From NCBI GenBank assembly GCA_045862955.1, contig BTVI01000005.1, positions 1 through 64,000 on the forward strand: a stretch of DNA of 64,000 nt, written 5' to 3'. The notes beneath the pieces were generated by a model, which saw nothing but the letters and a program-made list of their open reading frames with translations, had not been told where the DNA came from and did not search any database. The position numbers and the translations under genes are program-made. The stretch is from Fimbriimonadales bacterium. Its GTDB lineage: Bacteria; Armatimonadota; Fimbriimonadia; Fimbriimonadales; JABRVX01. This document shows, one piece after another, positions 8,852 to 21,004 of this stretch (the first letter of the stretch is position 1; every line of letters begins with the position of its first letter).

Positions 8852-11140
8852 ATGCATGAGGTGGTTACAGTCTCCGGCGGGCTCCTCGCAGGGTTGGGTA
8901 TCGCCCTGTTCTTCTGGGGTGGCCGGCGTGCAGGGGAGCAGGCAGGGCCATCGCAGGGCAAGGCCCGCATGGACATCGCCATCGAGGGGATGACTTGTGC
9001 CGCATGTGTGGCCAGGGTGGAGAAAGCGCTCCTGCGCGTACCGGGCGTCGCATCGGCAGAGGTGAGCCTCCCCACCGAACGGGGCCGCGTTTGGTTCGAC
9101 CCGGCGATTGCAGTCACGGCAGACATCCTCTCGGCGGTCCGCAAGATCGGCTATGGGGCCGAGGATGCCGGCCGAGTCAGTCGTGAGGAGTCGGAGCTGC
9201 GTAGGCATCGGGAGATGGTCGCAGAGCGAAACCGATTCCTCGTCAGCCTGCTCTGCTTCTTGCCGCTGATGGGAGCGATGGTACCTGGCATGCCCCGAGC
9301 GCACTGGGGAGTGGAGGCAGTGCTGGCAGCCGTCGCAACCTTTGGAGCGGGAGCGTCGTTCCTCGGACGAGCGTGGAAGGCGCTGAAGGCACGCTCCGCC
9401 GACATGAGCGTGTTGATCAGCATCGGGGCGGTTTCGGCTTTCGCTTATAGTCTCTATCTGTGCCTGATTGGGCACTGGCATCACACCTTCTTCGAGACTG
9501 CCGCAGGGCTCATCGCGCTCGTGACGCTCGGGAGGTATCTGGAGACGCGAGCGAGGGCCCGTGCCGGCGACGCGATGAAGGCGCTGATGAGTCTTCGCCC
9601 GAAAACCGCGTGGCTGCTGACGGCGGAGGGCGAGCGTGAGGTTCTGGCGGAAGAGCTGGCTGTTGGCGACCGCGTGTTGGTCCGCCCGGGAGAGAAGGTC
9701 CCGGCGGACGGCGTGATCCTGGTGGGGTCCTCGGAAGCCGACGAGTCCCTGTTGACCGGCGAGAGCGCACCGGTGCCGAAGGGTCCAGGCGACAAGGTGT
9801 TCGCAGGGTCGCTGAACGGTCACGGCGCCATCGAGGTGCGTGTGGACACCGCTCCGGGAGACAGCACTCTGATGCGCATTCTCAGGTTGGTGGACGCGGC
9901 GCAGGCTTCGCGACCGCCGGTCCAACGGCTGGCGGATCGCATTAGCGGCATTTTCGTGCCGCTCATTCTGCTCATCGCCATCGGCACATTCGTGCTGTGG
10001 TACGGGTTCTTGCCCTCCTTCGGACTGGAGCGCGCGGTGATGAACGCGGTGACCGTGCTGATCATCGCCTGCCCCTGTGCGCTCGGCCTCGCGACGCCAG
10101 CCAGCATCGTCGTCGGCATCGGCCGCGGAGCCTCGATGGGGGTGCTTTTCCGCGACGCCGAGGCGCTGGAGCAGCTGGGCGGCGTGCGTGCCATGTGCCT
10201 GGACAAGACCGGGACCCTGACCGAAGGCAAACCCAGGGTGGTTTCGCTCAGCCCAGCGAACGGGGCGTCTGATGATGAGCTGCTCGCGGTAGCGGCTGCT
10301 ATCGAGGCTGGGTCCGAACACCCGCTGGCACGCGCCGTGACCGCCGAAGCCGCGAAGCGAGGAATGGCTTTGGAGCGACCAGCGCGTACGACTGCGGTTG
10401 CGGGGCTCGGAGTGCGTGCGGAGTGGCCGGACGGCAAGATCGGCGTTGTCGGGCGGCAGGCGCTGCTGGAGCAGGTCGGCGCCAAGGTAGACGGAGTGGG
10501 AACGCCTGACGAGGGGCACACGGTAGCACTGGTCGGGCTGGACGGGCGGTTCCTGGGTTCCATAGCCCTGGGAGACCCGCTACGGCCCGAGGCACCCGAA
10601 GCGCTGAAGCGACTGCGAGCCTTAGGCGTGGAGCTTCACCTGCTCACCGGAGACAACGCCGCTACTGCCGAAGCGATTGCCCAGCGGCTTGGGCTGGAAG
10701 AGGTTCATGCCGAGGTGATGCCGGACCAGAAGGCCAGTCTGGTGCGCTCGATCCGGCAGAAGAGCGGCGCGACCGCGATGGTGGGTGACGGTGTAAACGA
10801 TGCTCCCGCGCTCGCGGCGGCCGACGTGGGTGTCGCGATGGGCTCGGGCTCGGAAGCCGCGATGGAGACCGCGGACGTTACCATCGTGAACTCCGACCTG
10901 CGAGCACTGCCGGATGCTGTCGAGCTGTCCCGCGCCACGTTGCGGAATATCAGGCAGAACCTGCTGTTTGCGTTTCTCTACAACACGCTTTGCATTCCGC
11001 TGGCCGCAGGCGCGCTGTATCCGCTGACGGGGCACTTCTTGCCGCCTCTGGCTGCAGCCGCAGCGATGGCATTCTCCTCGGTTTCGGTCGTAAGCAACTC
11101 ACTGCGGCTTCGGCGATGGTCGCCATCGCGACCGGAGTAA
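8852..11140 (+). CDS. copA: Cu(I)-transporting P1B-type ATPase
   Basis: GMTCAAC HMA domain, TGES, CPC, DKTGT, SEHP, GDGVND, YN and M..SS motifs. Confidence 0.93.
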   Translation: MHEVVTVSGGLLAGLGIALFFWGGRRAGEQAGPSQGKARMDIAIEGMTCAACVARVEKALLRVPGVASAEVSLPTERGRVWFDPAIAVTADILSAVRKIGYGAEDAGRVSREESELRRHREMVAERNRFLVSLLCFLPLMGAMVPGMPRAHWGVEAVLAAVATFGAGASFLGRAWKALKARSADMSVLISIGAVSAFAYSLYLCLIGHWHHTFFETAAGLIALVTLGRYLETRARARAGDAMKALMSLRPKTAWLLTAEGEREVLAEELAVGDRVLVRPGEKVPADGVILVGSSEADESLLTGESAPVPKGPGDKVFAGSLNGHGAIEVRVDTAPGDSTLMRILRLVDAAQASRPPVQRLADRISGIFVPLILLIAIGTFVLWYGFLPSFGLERAVMNAVTVLIIACPCALGLATPASIVVGIGRGASMGVLFRDAEALEQLGGVRAMCLDKTGTLTEGKPRVVSLSPANGASDDELLAVAAAIEAGSEHPLARAVTAEAAKRGMALERPARTTAVAGLGVRAEWPDGKIGVVGRQALLEQVGAKVDGVGTPDEGHTVALVGLDGRFLGSIALGDPLRPEAPEALKRLRALGVELHLLTGDNAATAEAIAQRLGLEEVHAEVMPDQKASLVRSIRQKSGATAMVGDGVNDAPALAAADVGVAMGSGSEAAMETADVTIVNSDLRALPDAVELSRATLRNIRQNLLFAFLYNTLCIPLAAGALYPLTGHFLPPLAAAAAMAFSSVSVVSNSLRLRRWSPSRPE

Positions 11141-11305
11141 CCGCCTGTCCGCGAACTTCCCCCTTGCGAATCCGCGGAATCTGTGGAATCATGCACAAGC
11201 AGGTTTCTGTTGTTCAATTCTTGCATTGCCGACCCGACCTGGGGGGCAATGCGCCCACCCCGTGCCGCGGGGCGTAGCGCTCCATTCGAAGGAGGAACAA
11301 ACAGC

Positions 11306-12244
11306 ATGAGCGCCTCGAGGCTCTCGGCGCTGATGGCTTTCGGCGCATGCTTGCCTCTTGCAGCAAGCGCGCAATCCGCCTATCTTCCGCTCGTACCCGA
11401 TGTGTGCATGCCGCCCGCCGCTGCCGGTGGCTGGCCGGTAGTCGTGACTTCCAGCTGGTGCACCCCCACCGCCGGCGCTAACATCATCCTGTATTGGGAT
11501 GCGGGAGGCTACGCGGGAGTGGCGGGCAATCCTGCCCTCCCCGGTAAGGCAGTAGCCTATGAGTTGGGCTGGTTCATGGACACGAACGATTGGGCGGTCG
11601 CCGACGACGGACACGGCGGCACGCACCTCACGGACCCGAACGGGAGCGGCTTCGACGCAGTCAACGGCATCCGCAATTTCGCGCGGTGGGATGCCAACCA
11701 CACCAAGTTTGGAGCAAACCAGCTCACTCCACCCGGCCCCCTGCCCGCGGGTAAGGTGGGTTATGGCTGGGGTGTCGGCCTGGTCCTCGCCAACGGATAT
11801 GCAAACGCCGTCGCAGAGATCAACGCGGGCAGACCGCTTCTCACGAGCTTCCAACATTGGGGCATCTTGAACACCGGCCAGTTCGCCAACATCGGCGGCA
11901 CCAACTATCCTGTCTACGACTTCGGCGAAAATCCCGGGCATATCGGCGGGATAGACGAGTACGGCAATCCGTGGGACCAAGACTTCGGCCTGGGTCACAC
12001 GGTTACTACCGTCGGTTACTTCTCCAACTTCAATCTGCAGGGCCAGAACGTCAACCTGCTGATCGTGCACGATGGCGTTCCGGCCATGGGCCAGGGTTTC
12101 GTGACCCCCGTGGACCTGGCGATCGTCTTCCGCGGCAACCTGTGGAACGGGAATATCAACATCAATCCCGTGCCGGAGCCTGGCACGCTGGGAATGATCC
12201 TAGCTGGAGGCATCTGGCTGGCTGCCGCATTGCGCAGGCGATAG
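11306..12244 (+). CDS. PEP-CTERM protein with a C39-like/papain-like peptidase domain
   Basis: Signal peptide; WCTPTAG, GHTVTTVGY and VHDG; C-terminal VPEPGT-TM-RRR; GGAGG SD. Confidence 0.8.
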   Translation: MSASRLSALMAFGACLPLAASAQSAYLPLVPDVCMPPAAAGGWPVVVTSSWCTPTAGANIILYWDAGGYAGVAGNPALPGKAVAYELGWFMDTNDWAVADDGHGGTHLTDPNGSGFDAVNGIRNFARWDANHTKFGANQLTPPGPLPAGKVGYGWGVGLVLANGYANAVAEINAGRPLLTSFQHWGILNTGQFANIGGTNYPVYDFGENPGHIGGIDEYGNPWDQDFGLGHTVTTVGYFSNFNLQGQNVNLLIVHDGVPAMGQGFVTPVDLAIVFRGNLWNGNININPVPEPGTLGMILAGGIWLAAALRRR

Positions 12245-12261
12245 TTCATCTCGGATAGGTA

Positions 12262-12291
12262 CGCGCCGGCGGCCTAAGGGCCGCCGGCGCG
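12262..12291 (+). terminator. GC hairpin after the PEP-CTERM gene
   Basis: CGCGCCGGCGGCC-TAAG-GGCCGCCGGCGCG. Confidence 0.5.
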
Positions 12292-12327
12292 GTACCATTG
12301 CGGTACCCAACAAGGAGTGTCCCTGAG

Positions 12328-13545
12328 ATGATCCATTTCCTTCTCCCTCTTCTCGCTTTGTCCGTTGTCAGCGCCGCGTCGCCGGCCCAGAAGCAGGCCC
12401 AGCCATCTTGGAAATCTCTCCCCATCGTCCAGCCCGAAGGCGACAAGCAGATGACAGGGTCTTACACCGTTCGCGATCGTGCTGCGGCGAAGTGGACGCG
12501 ACCGAAGTTCGTGTACAACGAGAAGGCGGCTACGGGGCGCAAGCTCGCAAAAGTGATCGTGCTCATCTACAACCCCACTCTGAAGAGCGAGGGCGGAAAA
12601 CGTCTCATCGAGTACCTGAAGGCCAACGACCCCGTCGAGTACTCCTACATCCTTGCCAACGTGGTACGCGAAGCGAGCTGGGGGTACATCAACTACCAGA
12701 TCGTGGACATCATCGAGGTAGATGCGTTCCCTATCAAGACCGATGGATTCCGCTACACGGACGAGACCTACCTGGCGGCACGGAAGACCGAGAAGTGGCA
12801 ACCTACCACGAGCAGTTACCGCATGTTCTTCGTTGAGAACGGCCTACTAGAGCGATGCAAGAAGGAGCATATTACCGAGCTGTGGGTGTGGGGTGCTTCG
12901 GGGATGCACATGGACGAGTTCGCAGGCTATATTCCCAACCGGTACGCGAGGTTCGGCCCCACCGACAACCCATGGTTCTATCGTCCTTACGACATTCCGG
13001 AAGAGATTGGTCACACCATGTGGGTGATGGGGTTCAACTACGAGGTGGGCCCGGACAACATGATCCACAGTTATGCACACCGCATCGAGAGCATGGCAGC
13101 GCTGGCGTTGGCGGACGGCATCTGGGACACGCACAACAAGCGTGACCCTTGGAACGTGTTCTCGTGGCTCGAGTTGGACCATGTCGGCACTCCTTCACAC
13201 GTTGGCAACTGCCACGTGCCACCGAACGGACAGGGCGGATACGATTATAACAACTCGCGGCGTGTCGAGTCCTGGGCCGACAACTGGGCGAGGTATCCGG
13301 ATCTGCGTGGCAAGCCGCGCTTAGTGTCCAGTCAGGAGTGGGGGAACAACCATTTCGGCTACATGAAGTGGCTTCTGGAGCGGGTACCGAAGTTCCCCGG
13401 CTACACCCAGTACGGCTATAACAACTGGTGGCTGTATATCGCGAACGTGGACGAGGACCTGCCGGACCTGCCGATGCAGGATCTAACGCGCTTCCGGTTG
13501 CCTGCCGACATGCCGCCACCCGCACCGAAGGAGCGTGGGAACTAG
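12328..13545 (+). CDS. Secreted hypothetical protein (possible zinc metalloprotein)
   Basis: AAGGAG SD, signal peptide, aromatic-rich sequence, HSYAHRIES motif. Confidence 0.75.
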   Translation: MIHFLLPLLALSVVSAASPAQKQAQPSWKSLPIVQPEGDKQMTGSYTVRDRAAAKWTRPKFVYNEKAATGRKLAKVIVLIYNPTLKSEGGKRLIEYLKANDPVEYSYILANVVREASWGYINYQIVDIIEVDAFPIKTDGFRYTDETYLAARKTEKWQPTTSSYRMFFVENGLLERCKKEHITELWVWGASGMHMDEFAGYIPNRYARFGPTDNPWFYRPYDIPEEIGHTMWVMGFNYEVGPDNMIHSYAHRIESMAALALADGIWDTHNKRDPWNVFSWLELDHVGTPSHVGNCHVPPNGQGGYDYNNSRRVESWADNWARYPDLRGKPRLVSSQEWGNNHFGYMKWLLERVPKFPGYTQYGYNNWWLYIANVDEDLPDLPMQDLTRFRLPADMPPPAPKERGN

Positions 13546-13564
13546 GCGACCTCAGTTAGCGCTG

Positions 13565-13592
13565 TCCCTCCATCCGAGGGCGGATGGAGGGA
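13565..13592. terminator. Hairpin between convergent genes
   Basis: TCCCTCCATCCG-AGGG-CGGATGGAGGGA. Confidence 0.6.
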
Positions 13593-13610
13593 TGGTGCGC
13601 CGACGGGCGC

Positions 13611-13913
13611 CTATGCCGGGGTCCAGCCGCGGGTCATGTAGTCCAGGATCGCGCCGAAGAGAATGATGAGCCACAGGAATCCGGCTGCAGCCCAGAGCCA
13701 GACGAGTCGGCTGCTGTACCGCACTCCCATGAAGTAGAGCACGACGAGCAGCGCTTTCACGGACGCGATCAGCAATGCAACGAGATTACTGAAGATCCCG
13801 AGGTGCAAGTACGACACTCCCACGGTCACACCCAGCAGGATCACCAGCAACACATAAACGATGACGTAGGTGCTCACCGGGACTACAGGATGCTCATGCT
13901 GCCCTTCACTCAT
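13611..13913 (-). CDS. ctaF: Cytochrome c oxidase subunit IV (caa3 type)
   Basis: Small 3-TM protein with IASVKALLVVLYFMGV motif; last gene of the oxidase operon. Confidence 0.9.
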   Translation of the reverse strand: MSEGQHEHPVVPVSTYVIVYVLLVILLGVTVGVSYLHLGIFSNLVALLIASVKALLVVLYFMGVRYSSRLVWLWAAAGFLWLIILFGAILDYMTRGWTPA

Positions 13914-13917
13914 TCGT

Positions 13918-14687
13918 CTACCCCTGCGGTATCAGATAGAAAAGCGGGAACAAGAAGATCCACACGATGTCCACGAAGTGCCAGTACAAGCCGATCAACT
14001 CGATCGGCATGAAGTACTGCACCGACTTGTGTCGCCTAGCCACCAGTAGTACCGCGGTACCGATGACCAGGATCCCTACGATCACGTGCAGTGCATGTAG
14101 GCCTGTCATTACGAAGTAGAGACCGAAGAACATCTGCACGCTCTGCGCCTGCATCTGTCCGGAGCCCAATCGCACTGCGCCGATCATCGGACCGCCGACA
14201 TCCACGCCCTGCTGCACAGCGGGTGTGTCCACGAGGCCACGATCCGGCTGGGTCGGCAGTTTGCCTTCGTACTGGAAGTTGGGACCCGGTACTAGGTTGT
14301 GCTCGAACTTGTGGCTATATTCCACGGCTTTGATCCCGAGAAAGCCGAAGGCGCACAGCAGCGTTAGCGAGAGCCAGAGCAAAACACCCCTTCGATTGCC
14401 GAGCTGCGCCGCACGGACGCCGAGTGCTACGAAGAGGCTACTGGTAAGAAGCACGAACGTGTTGATCGCACCGAGCGGAACGTCCAGCTCGCGGTGGGCG
14501 TCGAGGAACGTGTGTGGATATGTGAATCGGTAGATCATGTACGCCGTGAAGAGTGCTCCGAAGAACATGATCTCGGTGACGAGGAAGGCCCACATGCCGA
14601 CCAGGTACGCATCGTTCTGTTGCGGCATGTCCTCGAACTGATGTGCGAGGTGCTCGTCGTGAACGCTGTGAGCGGTTGCCTCTAGGC

Positions 14688-14691
<4 letters not shown>
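13918..14691 (-). CDS. ctaE: Cytochrome c oxidase subunit III
   Basis: [22 protein letters not shown] and YWHFVDIVW motifs. Confidence 0.95.
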
Positions 14692-16381
<1,690 letters not shown>

Positions 16382-16385
<4 letters not shown>

Positions 16386-17374
16386 CGCGTACCACCCCCA
16401 GCCGAGCCTGCCTGCGTAGGAGCCGGCGCCTGCATGCCGCTCCTAAGGGTCTTGATGAAAGCGATTAGCTGCAACAACTGGTCCTCGCTCAGTTGGTTTC
16501 GATAGGACGGCATGATAGCCTGGTAGCCCTCGACGATCTTCATGTCCGGCGCGACGATGGACTCCCTCAGATAGGTTTCGTCCACGGTGACGGTCCGACC
16601 ATCGGCCAGCTTGGCCTTCGAGCCGTACAGGTCTATTAGGGACGGCGCACGTGCCGGCGCGAAACCGTGACACGAGCCGCACTGAAGGCGGTCGTAGATC
16701 TGCTGCCCGGCCTCGTCCATCGTAAGTTGGGTCATGCGAGTCTTGTCGCCGCCGCTGGCCAGCCAAGCCTGATAGTCGGCCGGCTCCATCACGTACACGA
16801 AGCCCGTCATTTGTGAGTGCTGAGTGCCGCAGTACTGGCCGCAGTAGATGCGGAACTTGCCCGTCTTGGTCGCCTCGAACCAAGCATAGGTGTACTTACC
16901 CGGCAGCACGTCCTGATGAATACGAAAGGCAGGGATGTAGAGGTCGTGAATGACGTCCTGCGATATCATCACCAGCTTGATAGGTCTGCCGACCGGTACG
17001 TGCAGCTCGTTGTTTTCGCGGACGCCATTAGGATGTTGCATGTGCCACATCCACTGTTTGCCGATGACGAAGATCTCAATGGCATCTTCTGGTACGGTCC
17101 GCGCATAGCCGAAAAGCTTGGCAGACCAGAAGAAGACGATTAGGGCAAGCCCTAGAGGAATCGCTGTCCAAATGATTTCGAGCTTGTAGTTGTGGGAGGT
17201 AGCACCCTTGCGACTTGCCTTGCTGCCTCGCCGGTACCGCACGGCGAAGAAGATAACTAGGGTGAAGACCAGCACCGTGAAGAAGAGGCTAAGCAGCAAC
17301 ATCGCGTAGAAGAGGGGGTCCATCTTCTCTGCGAAGGTAGAAGCCTGTTCGGGGAGCAACGTGAAATCCGGCAT
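16382..17374 (-). CDS. ctaC: Cytochrome c oxidase subunit II with fused C-terminal cytochrome c
   Basis: DVIH...[12 protein letters not shown]uA site; CGSCH heme motif. Confidence 0.96.
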
Positions 17375-17391
17375 CTGATACTCCTATCGCC

Positions 17392-18225
17392 CTACGCGGC
17401 GTCGGGCGTGGGACCCTCCCCTCCGTTCGCTGGAACCTGCGCCTTGTACCGTCGAGACAAGTAGAAAATGCTTCCGAAGAGCACCGCGATCGTGATGCCA
17501 CCCGCGATCTGGAGTATGCGTGTGATGGCCAGGTTGTACTTTCCCGTCGTAAGATCCACGTGGTAACACGTGAGCAGTACCTTGTCGACAGGGGTGCCAA
17601 TCTTCCCGCCTGCTGCCGAAACGAGAGCCAGCCGCAGGTCTCTGGGGCGATACTCTACTCCGTAGAAGTAGTGGGAGATCTTGCCCTGAGGCGTCAGCAC
17701 GATGAGACCCGCGGGATGCGCGTATTGCTGCGTCTTGGCGTCGTACACGAAGCGGTAACCGACCGTGGAGGTAAGTCTGGCGATCGACTCCTTGGTACCC
17801 GTCAGGAAGTGCCAGCCCTCCTTAGCTTCGGGCTTACCATAGCGCTCGATGGCATCTGCTTGCTTGGCCTTCGCCAGCTCCGGGCCTTCTTCCGCAGCGA
17901 TGCTGACGCTAAGCACCTTGTAGTCCTTGCCGATCTGGAACGACTGCTCGCGGAATGAGAGGATCATCCCCTCCTCGATGGCAATGCAGATGCCCGGGCA
18001 CTTGTACCACACGAGTGCGAGCACGATCGGCTTGTCGCCGAAGTAGTCACCGATTCGAACGGCTTGGCCGTTCTCGTCCACGAACGGAATGTCGGCAGGC
18101 ACTACGGTGCCCAGCTTCTGATCCAGTGCTACTTCGCGAGTGACATCGTCGGCGCCTTGCGACCACGAGACCGCGCAGGCCACACATAGCAGCCAAGTCG
18201 CGATGTTCCTCCATATCAACTTCAT
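17392..18225 (-). CDS. SCO1/SenC family copper chaperone
   Basis: CPGIC (CxxxC) and YAHPAG motifs; position in the operon. Confidence 0.9.
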   Translation of the reverse strand: MKLIWRNIATWLLCVACAVSWSQGADDVTREVALDQKLGTVVPADIPFVDENGQAVRIGDYFGDKPIVLALVWYKCPGICIAIEEGMILSFREQSFQIGKDYKVLSVSIAAEEGPELAKAKQADAIERYGKPEAKEGWHFLTGTKESIARLTSTVGYRFVYDAKTQQYAHPAGLIVLTPQGKISHYFYGVEYRPRDLRLALVSAAGGKIGTPVDKVLLTCYHVDLTTGKYNLAITRILQIAGGITIAVLFGSIFYLSRRYKAQVPANGGEGPTPDAA

Positions 18226-18641
18226 TGCATGCCTCCCTCGGGGGTGGGGGCGGACTGCCGAGTGGGCAATCCCTTTTCTTCTATCAGTTCCATCGCCCGC
18301 TCGATGGGGATGCGCGCGACGCCGCCCGCCTGATCCACCCATCCGTAGCTGTGCAGCGTGCGGTCTTCCTTTATGCGGAACTCGCGCATATCCAGCGCGG
18401 GATTCACCTGGAGAGGCGGTGCATTCGGGATCGGCTGCACAGCGTTGACTGGGCCAGTTTTCTGTCGCATCTTCTCGGGCGGCGGCATCGTCAGGTTGTA
18501 GATTCCCAGCGAGGCGAGTAGTGCTACTGCGATAAAAACTCCCAAGGCTATCGCCCACTTTAGCAGCGGACCCGTCGAGACGTCTCGCGGTTCATAGCCC
18601 AGTTGGGTCAGCGGATCGGGTGCGCGATGCTCATCCGACAT
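18222..18641 (-). CDS. Single-TM ACIII-associated protein (ActG-like)
   Basis: YEPRDV-TM-...PPLQ...YGWVD...RIPIERAM; overlaps both neighbours. Confidence 0.75.
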   Translation of the reverse strand: MSDEHRAPDPLTQLGYEPRDVSTGPLLKWAIALGVFIAVALLASLGIYNLTMPPPEKMRQKTGPVNAVQPIPNAPPLQVNPALDMREFRIKEDRTLHSYGWVDQAGGVARIPIERAMELIEEKGLPTRQSAPTPEGGMQ

Positions 18642-19812
18642 GCTGCGGCACCTCCTCCGACAGGGTTTGGTGGCGAGCCACCAGCGGATACCGGCCCAGC
18701 CGATGCGCGTAGAGGAGCAGCCAGATGCCGCCCATCGCAAGCAGCGTAGAGGCCGAGCCCCAGTAGGCCACTGCGGGCACGGCGCCACCGTCACCATAGA
18801 AGAACGGCGTGACGACCCAGAAGGTGTCAACCACTCTCATGAGCAGAATCCAAACGGCGACCGACACGATGAGGCTCGGGGTGCGCTTCGTGCGACCGGA
18901 CAGTAGCAGAAGGAAGGGGACGAAGAACTGGAAGATAACCAGCCCCGTTCCGATGGCCCACCAGGTGCCCTGTAGGCGCGCTGTATAGTAGGTGATCTCT
19001 TCCGGCAGGTTGCCCGAGTACATGATCACATACTGCGAGAAGGCGATATAGGCCCACAGCATGGTGAACGTGAGCAGCATGTTGCCGAGGTCGCGCGTCA
19101 GGCGCGGAGTCAGCTCGTCCGACACTGGCTTGTGCTTTCCGAATAACCCTAGCATGACGGTCGCGAGCGCTAGCGCACCGTATCCTTGAGCAACCACGAA
19201 CATCACGCCGTACACGGTGGAGTACCAGTGGGGATCGAGCGACATTACCCAATCGGTGGTAGCGAAGGTGACTGTCAGCACATACACCACGAGGCCTGCG
19301 GCACCCAGGTTGGCCCGACCCTGTGCAAGCGTGGCATTGCCACTGCTCTCTTGCGCTGCCGAGGATCGATTCAGGATGGACGCAAGCCCTATCCACACGA
19401 CGAAGTACCCGATGGCGAAAAGGATGAACCGTGTCGAGTTGAGGTATGGCGACTTGAAGCGTATCACCGCGTCGTGCGCGGCCGCATCGGGAGCGGCCCA
19501 TGGGTACAGATTCGGCAACCACAACAACACGGGGATGAATAACAGCAAGATGTACGGCAGCAGCGAAGACCCCGCTTCGAAGAAGCGCAGCACGGGTAGA
19601 GACCAACGAGCCCGGATCGAGTGGTGTAACAAGCTGACGCCCAAGCACCCGAGCGACAGGTTGCACCAGAAAACGAACCCGAACAGGTAGCTCTGCTGAA
19701 ACACCTTAGCGTCCTGCCCGAAGGCCAACGCGCAACCTATCAGGCCTAGCACAACGGCGATCACGCCAGCAATCTGCAGGCGGGTCAGGACGGGTCGGCT
19801 CTCTACGTTCAC
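18631..19812 (-). CDS. actF: Alternative complex III subunit F
   Basis: Multi-TM protein with DWVMSLDPHWYST and WAYIAFSQY motifs. Confidence 0.9.
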   Translation of the reverse strand: MNVESRPVLTRLQIAGVIAVVLGLIGCALAFGQDAKVFQQSYLFGFVFWCNLSLGCLGVSLLHHSIRARWSLPVLRFFEAGSSLLPYILLLFIPVLLWLPNLYPWAAPDAAAHDAVIRFKSPYLNSTRFILFAIGYFVVWIGLASILNRSSAAQESSGNATLAQGRANLGAAGLVVYVLTVTFATTDWVMSLDPHWYSTVYGVMFVVAQGYGALALATVMLGLFGKHKPVSDELTPRLTRDLGNMLLTFTMLWAYIAFSQYVIMYSGNLPEEITYYTARLQGTWWAIGTGLVIFQFFVPFLLLLSGRTKRTPSLIVSVAVWILLMRVVDTFWVVTPFFYGDGGAVPAVAYWGSASTLLAMGGIWLLLYAHRLGRYPLVARHQTLSEEVPQHVG

Positions 19813-20477
19813 TGCCGCTCCCCTTCCGTTCGAACAGCTTCGTTCAGACGCTCGCGGTCTGCCGGCGTCAATTCAGATACCGGTGCACCCTGCGAAAGCT
19901 GCAAGGCTCGGATGTAGGCGACGATCCTCCAGCGATCCTTTACATCGATGCGAGAGGCGTAACCGTACATCACACCGAAGCCGTTCGTGATCACGTCATA
20001 GAAGTGACCTATCGGCATCCGTCGCAAACGGTCGGTATGATAGTTGGCCGGTCGGCGTTGAAGATTGAACCCTCGCGCTCCGATCATGCCATTGCCATCG
20101 CCCGCGCGCCCATGACAGGGCGAGCAGAACGCATCGAACTGCGCCTGGCCTCTGAGGAGGTCCTGCCGCGTGATCGCAAACGGGAACTTGTCCACGTACG
20201 TCCCTCGGAAGATACCCGTTTGAACGGGCGAGCCCGACCGAATGTCAATCGGGACGCGAGTGCCACCGATGATGCCGGTGTACATCTCCCGGTCTGTGCG
20301 AAGCTCCCCTTGCGGCACGGTGTATGGTACGCGGGGTCGAGCCGACTGTTTGTCGGGGAAGAAGTCGCTCGGCTGGTACGGCTTGTGCACCTTGTTCTGC
20401 ACCCACATGTCGGTGTGACAACCGGCCAGGAATGCCACTGCGAGCAGAGGACCTATCACTCTAAGCAGCCGCATCAT
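19809..20477 (-). CDS. actE: Alternative complex III monoheme lipoprotein
   Basis: Lipobox LAGC, CSPCH and GFGVMYGY. Confidence 0.9.
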   Translation of the reverse strand: MMRLLRVIGPLLAVAFLAGCHTDMWVQNKVHKPYQPSDFFPDKQSARPRVPYTVPQGELRTDREMYTGIIGGTRVPIDIRSGSPVQTGIFRGTYVDKFPFAITRQDLLRGQAQFDAFCSPCHGRAGDGNGMIGARGFNLQRRPANYHTDRLRRMPIGHFYDVITNGFGVMYGYASRIDVKDRWRIVAYIRALQLSQGAPVSELTPADRERLNEAVRTEGERQ

Positions 20478-21004
20478 TCTGGCACCTCTTCCACGCCGTA
20501 CGGACCGAGCGAGCGGAGGAACCGCGCCGTCTCAGTGGGGTCGAACTGCGGGTCATCGGCCTCGATGCACAGGAAGAATCGGTCATCCGTCGCCAGTTCG
20601 AAACGGCTATGGTTGAAGATCGGGTGGTGTGGGTGCGGCAGGCCGTTGAGCGCAAGCATCCCTAACACAGCGGCAAATGCCGCCAGCAGCACGGCGCTCT
20701 CGAACGTAACGGGGATGTAATGCGGCCAGCTGTGTGTCGGTCTTCCTCCTACGTTCAGTTGGTAGTTGATGGTTGTTATGTAGTACTGCAGGCCGTAGCC
20801 GATGGCCGCCCCGAGCACGCCGAAAATGAAGATGATCCAAGGGACGCGATTGTCCTTGAAGCCGATGGCTTCGGCCAAGCCGTGTATGGGAAACGGCGTG
20901 TAAGCGTCGAGCCGAGTGTAGCCGTTCTCCCGCGCCTTGTGCACCGCCACTACCAAGTCCTCGGGATTGTCGAACTCCGCCACGATGCCGTGCAGGCCAT
21001 TCAT
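20474..21004 (-). CDS. actD: Alternative complex III subunit D (DUF3341)
   Basis: DAYTPFPIHG, NVGGRP and PVTFE motifs. Confidence 0.93.
   Translation of the reverse strand: MNGLHGIVAEFDNPEDLVVAVHKARENGYTRLDAYTPFPIHGLAEAIGFKDNRVPWIIFIFGVLGAAIGYGLQYYITTINYQLNVGGRPTHSWPHYIPVTFESAVLLAAFAAVLGMLALNGLPHPHHPIFNHSRFELATDDRFFLCIEADDPQFDPTETARFLRSLGPYGVEEVPE

Noticed and set aside
8693..10519. 608-aa minus-strand ORF and similar long antisense ORFs (e.g. 50679..52160, 29099..30160)
   Set aside because: Shadows of copA, infB and the fucosidase in high-GC DNA
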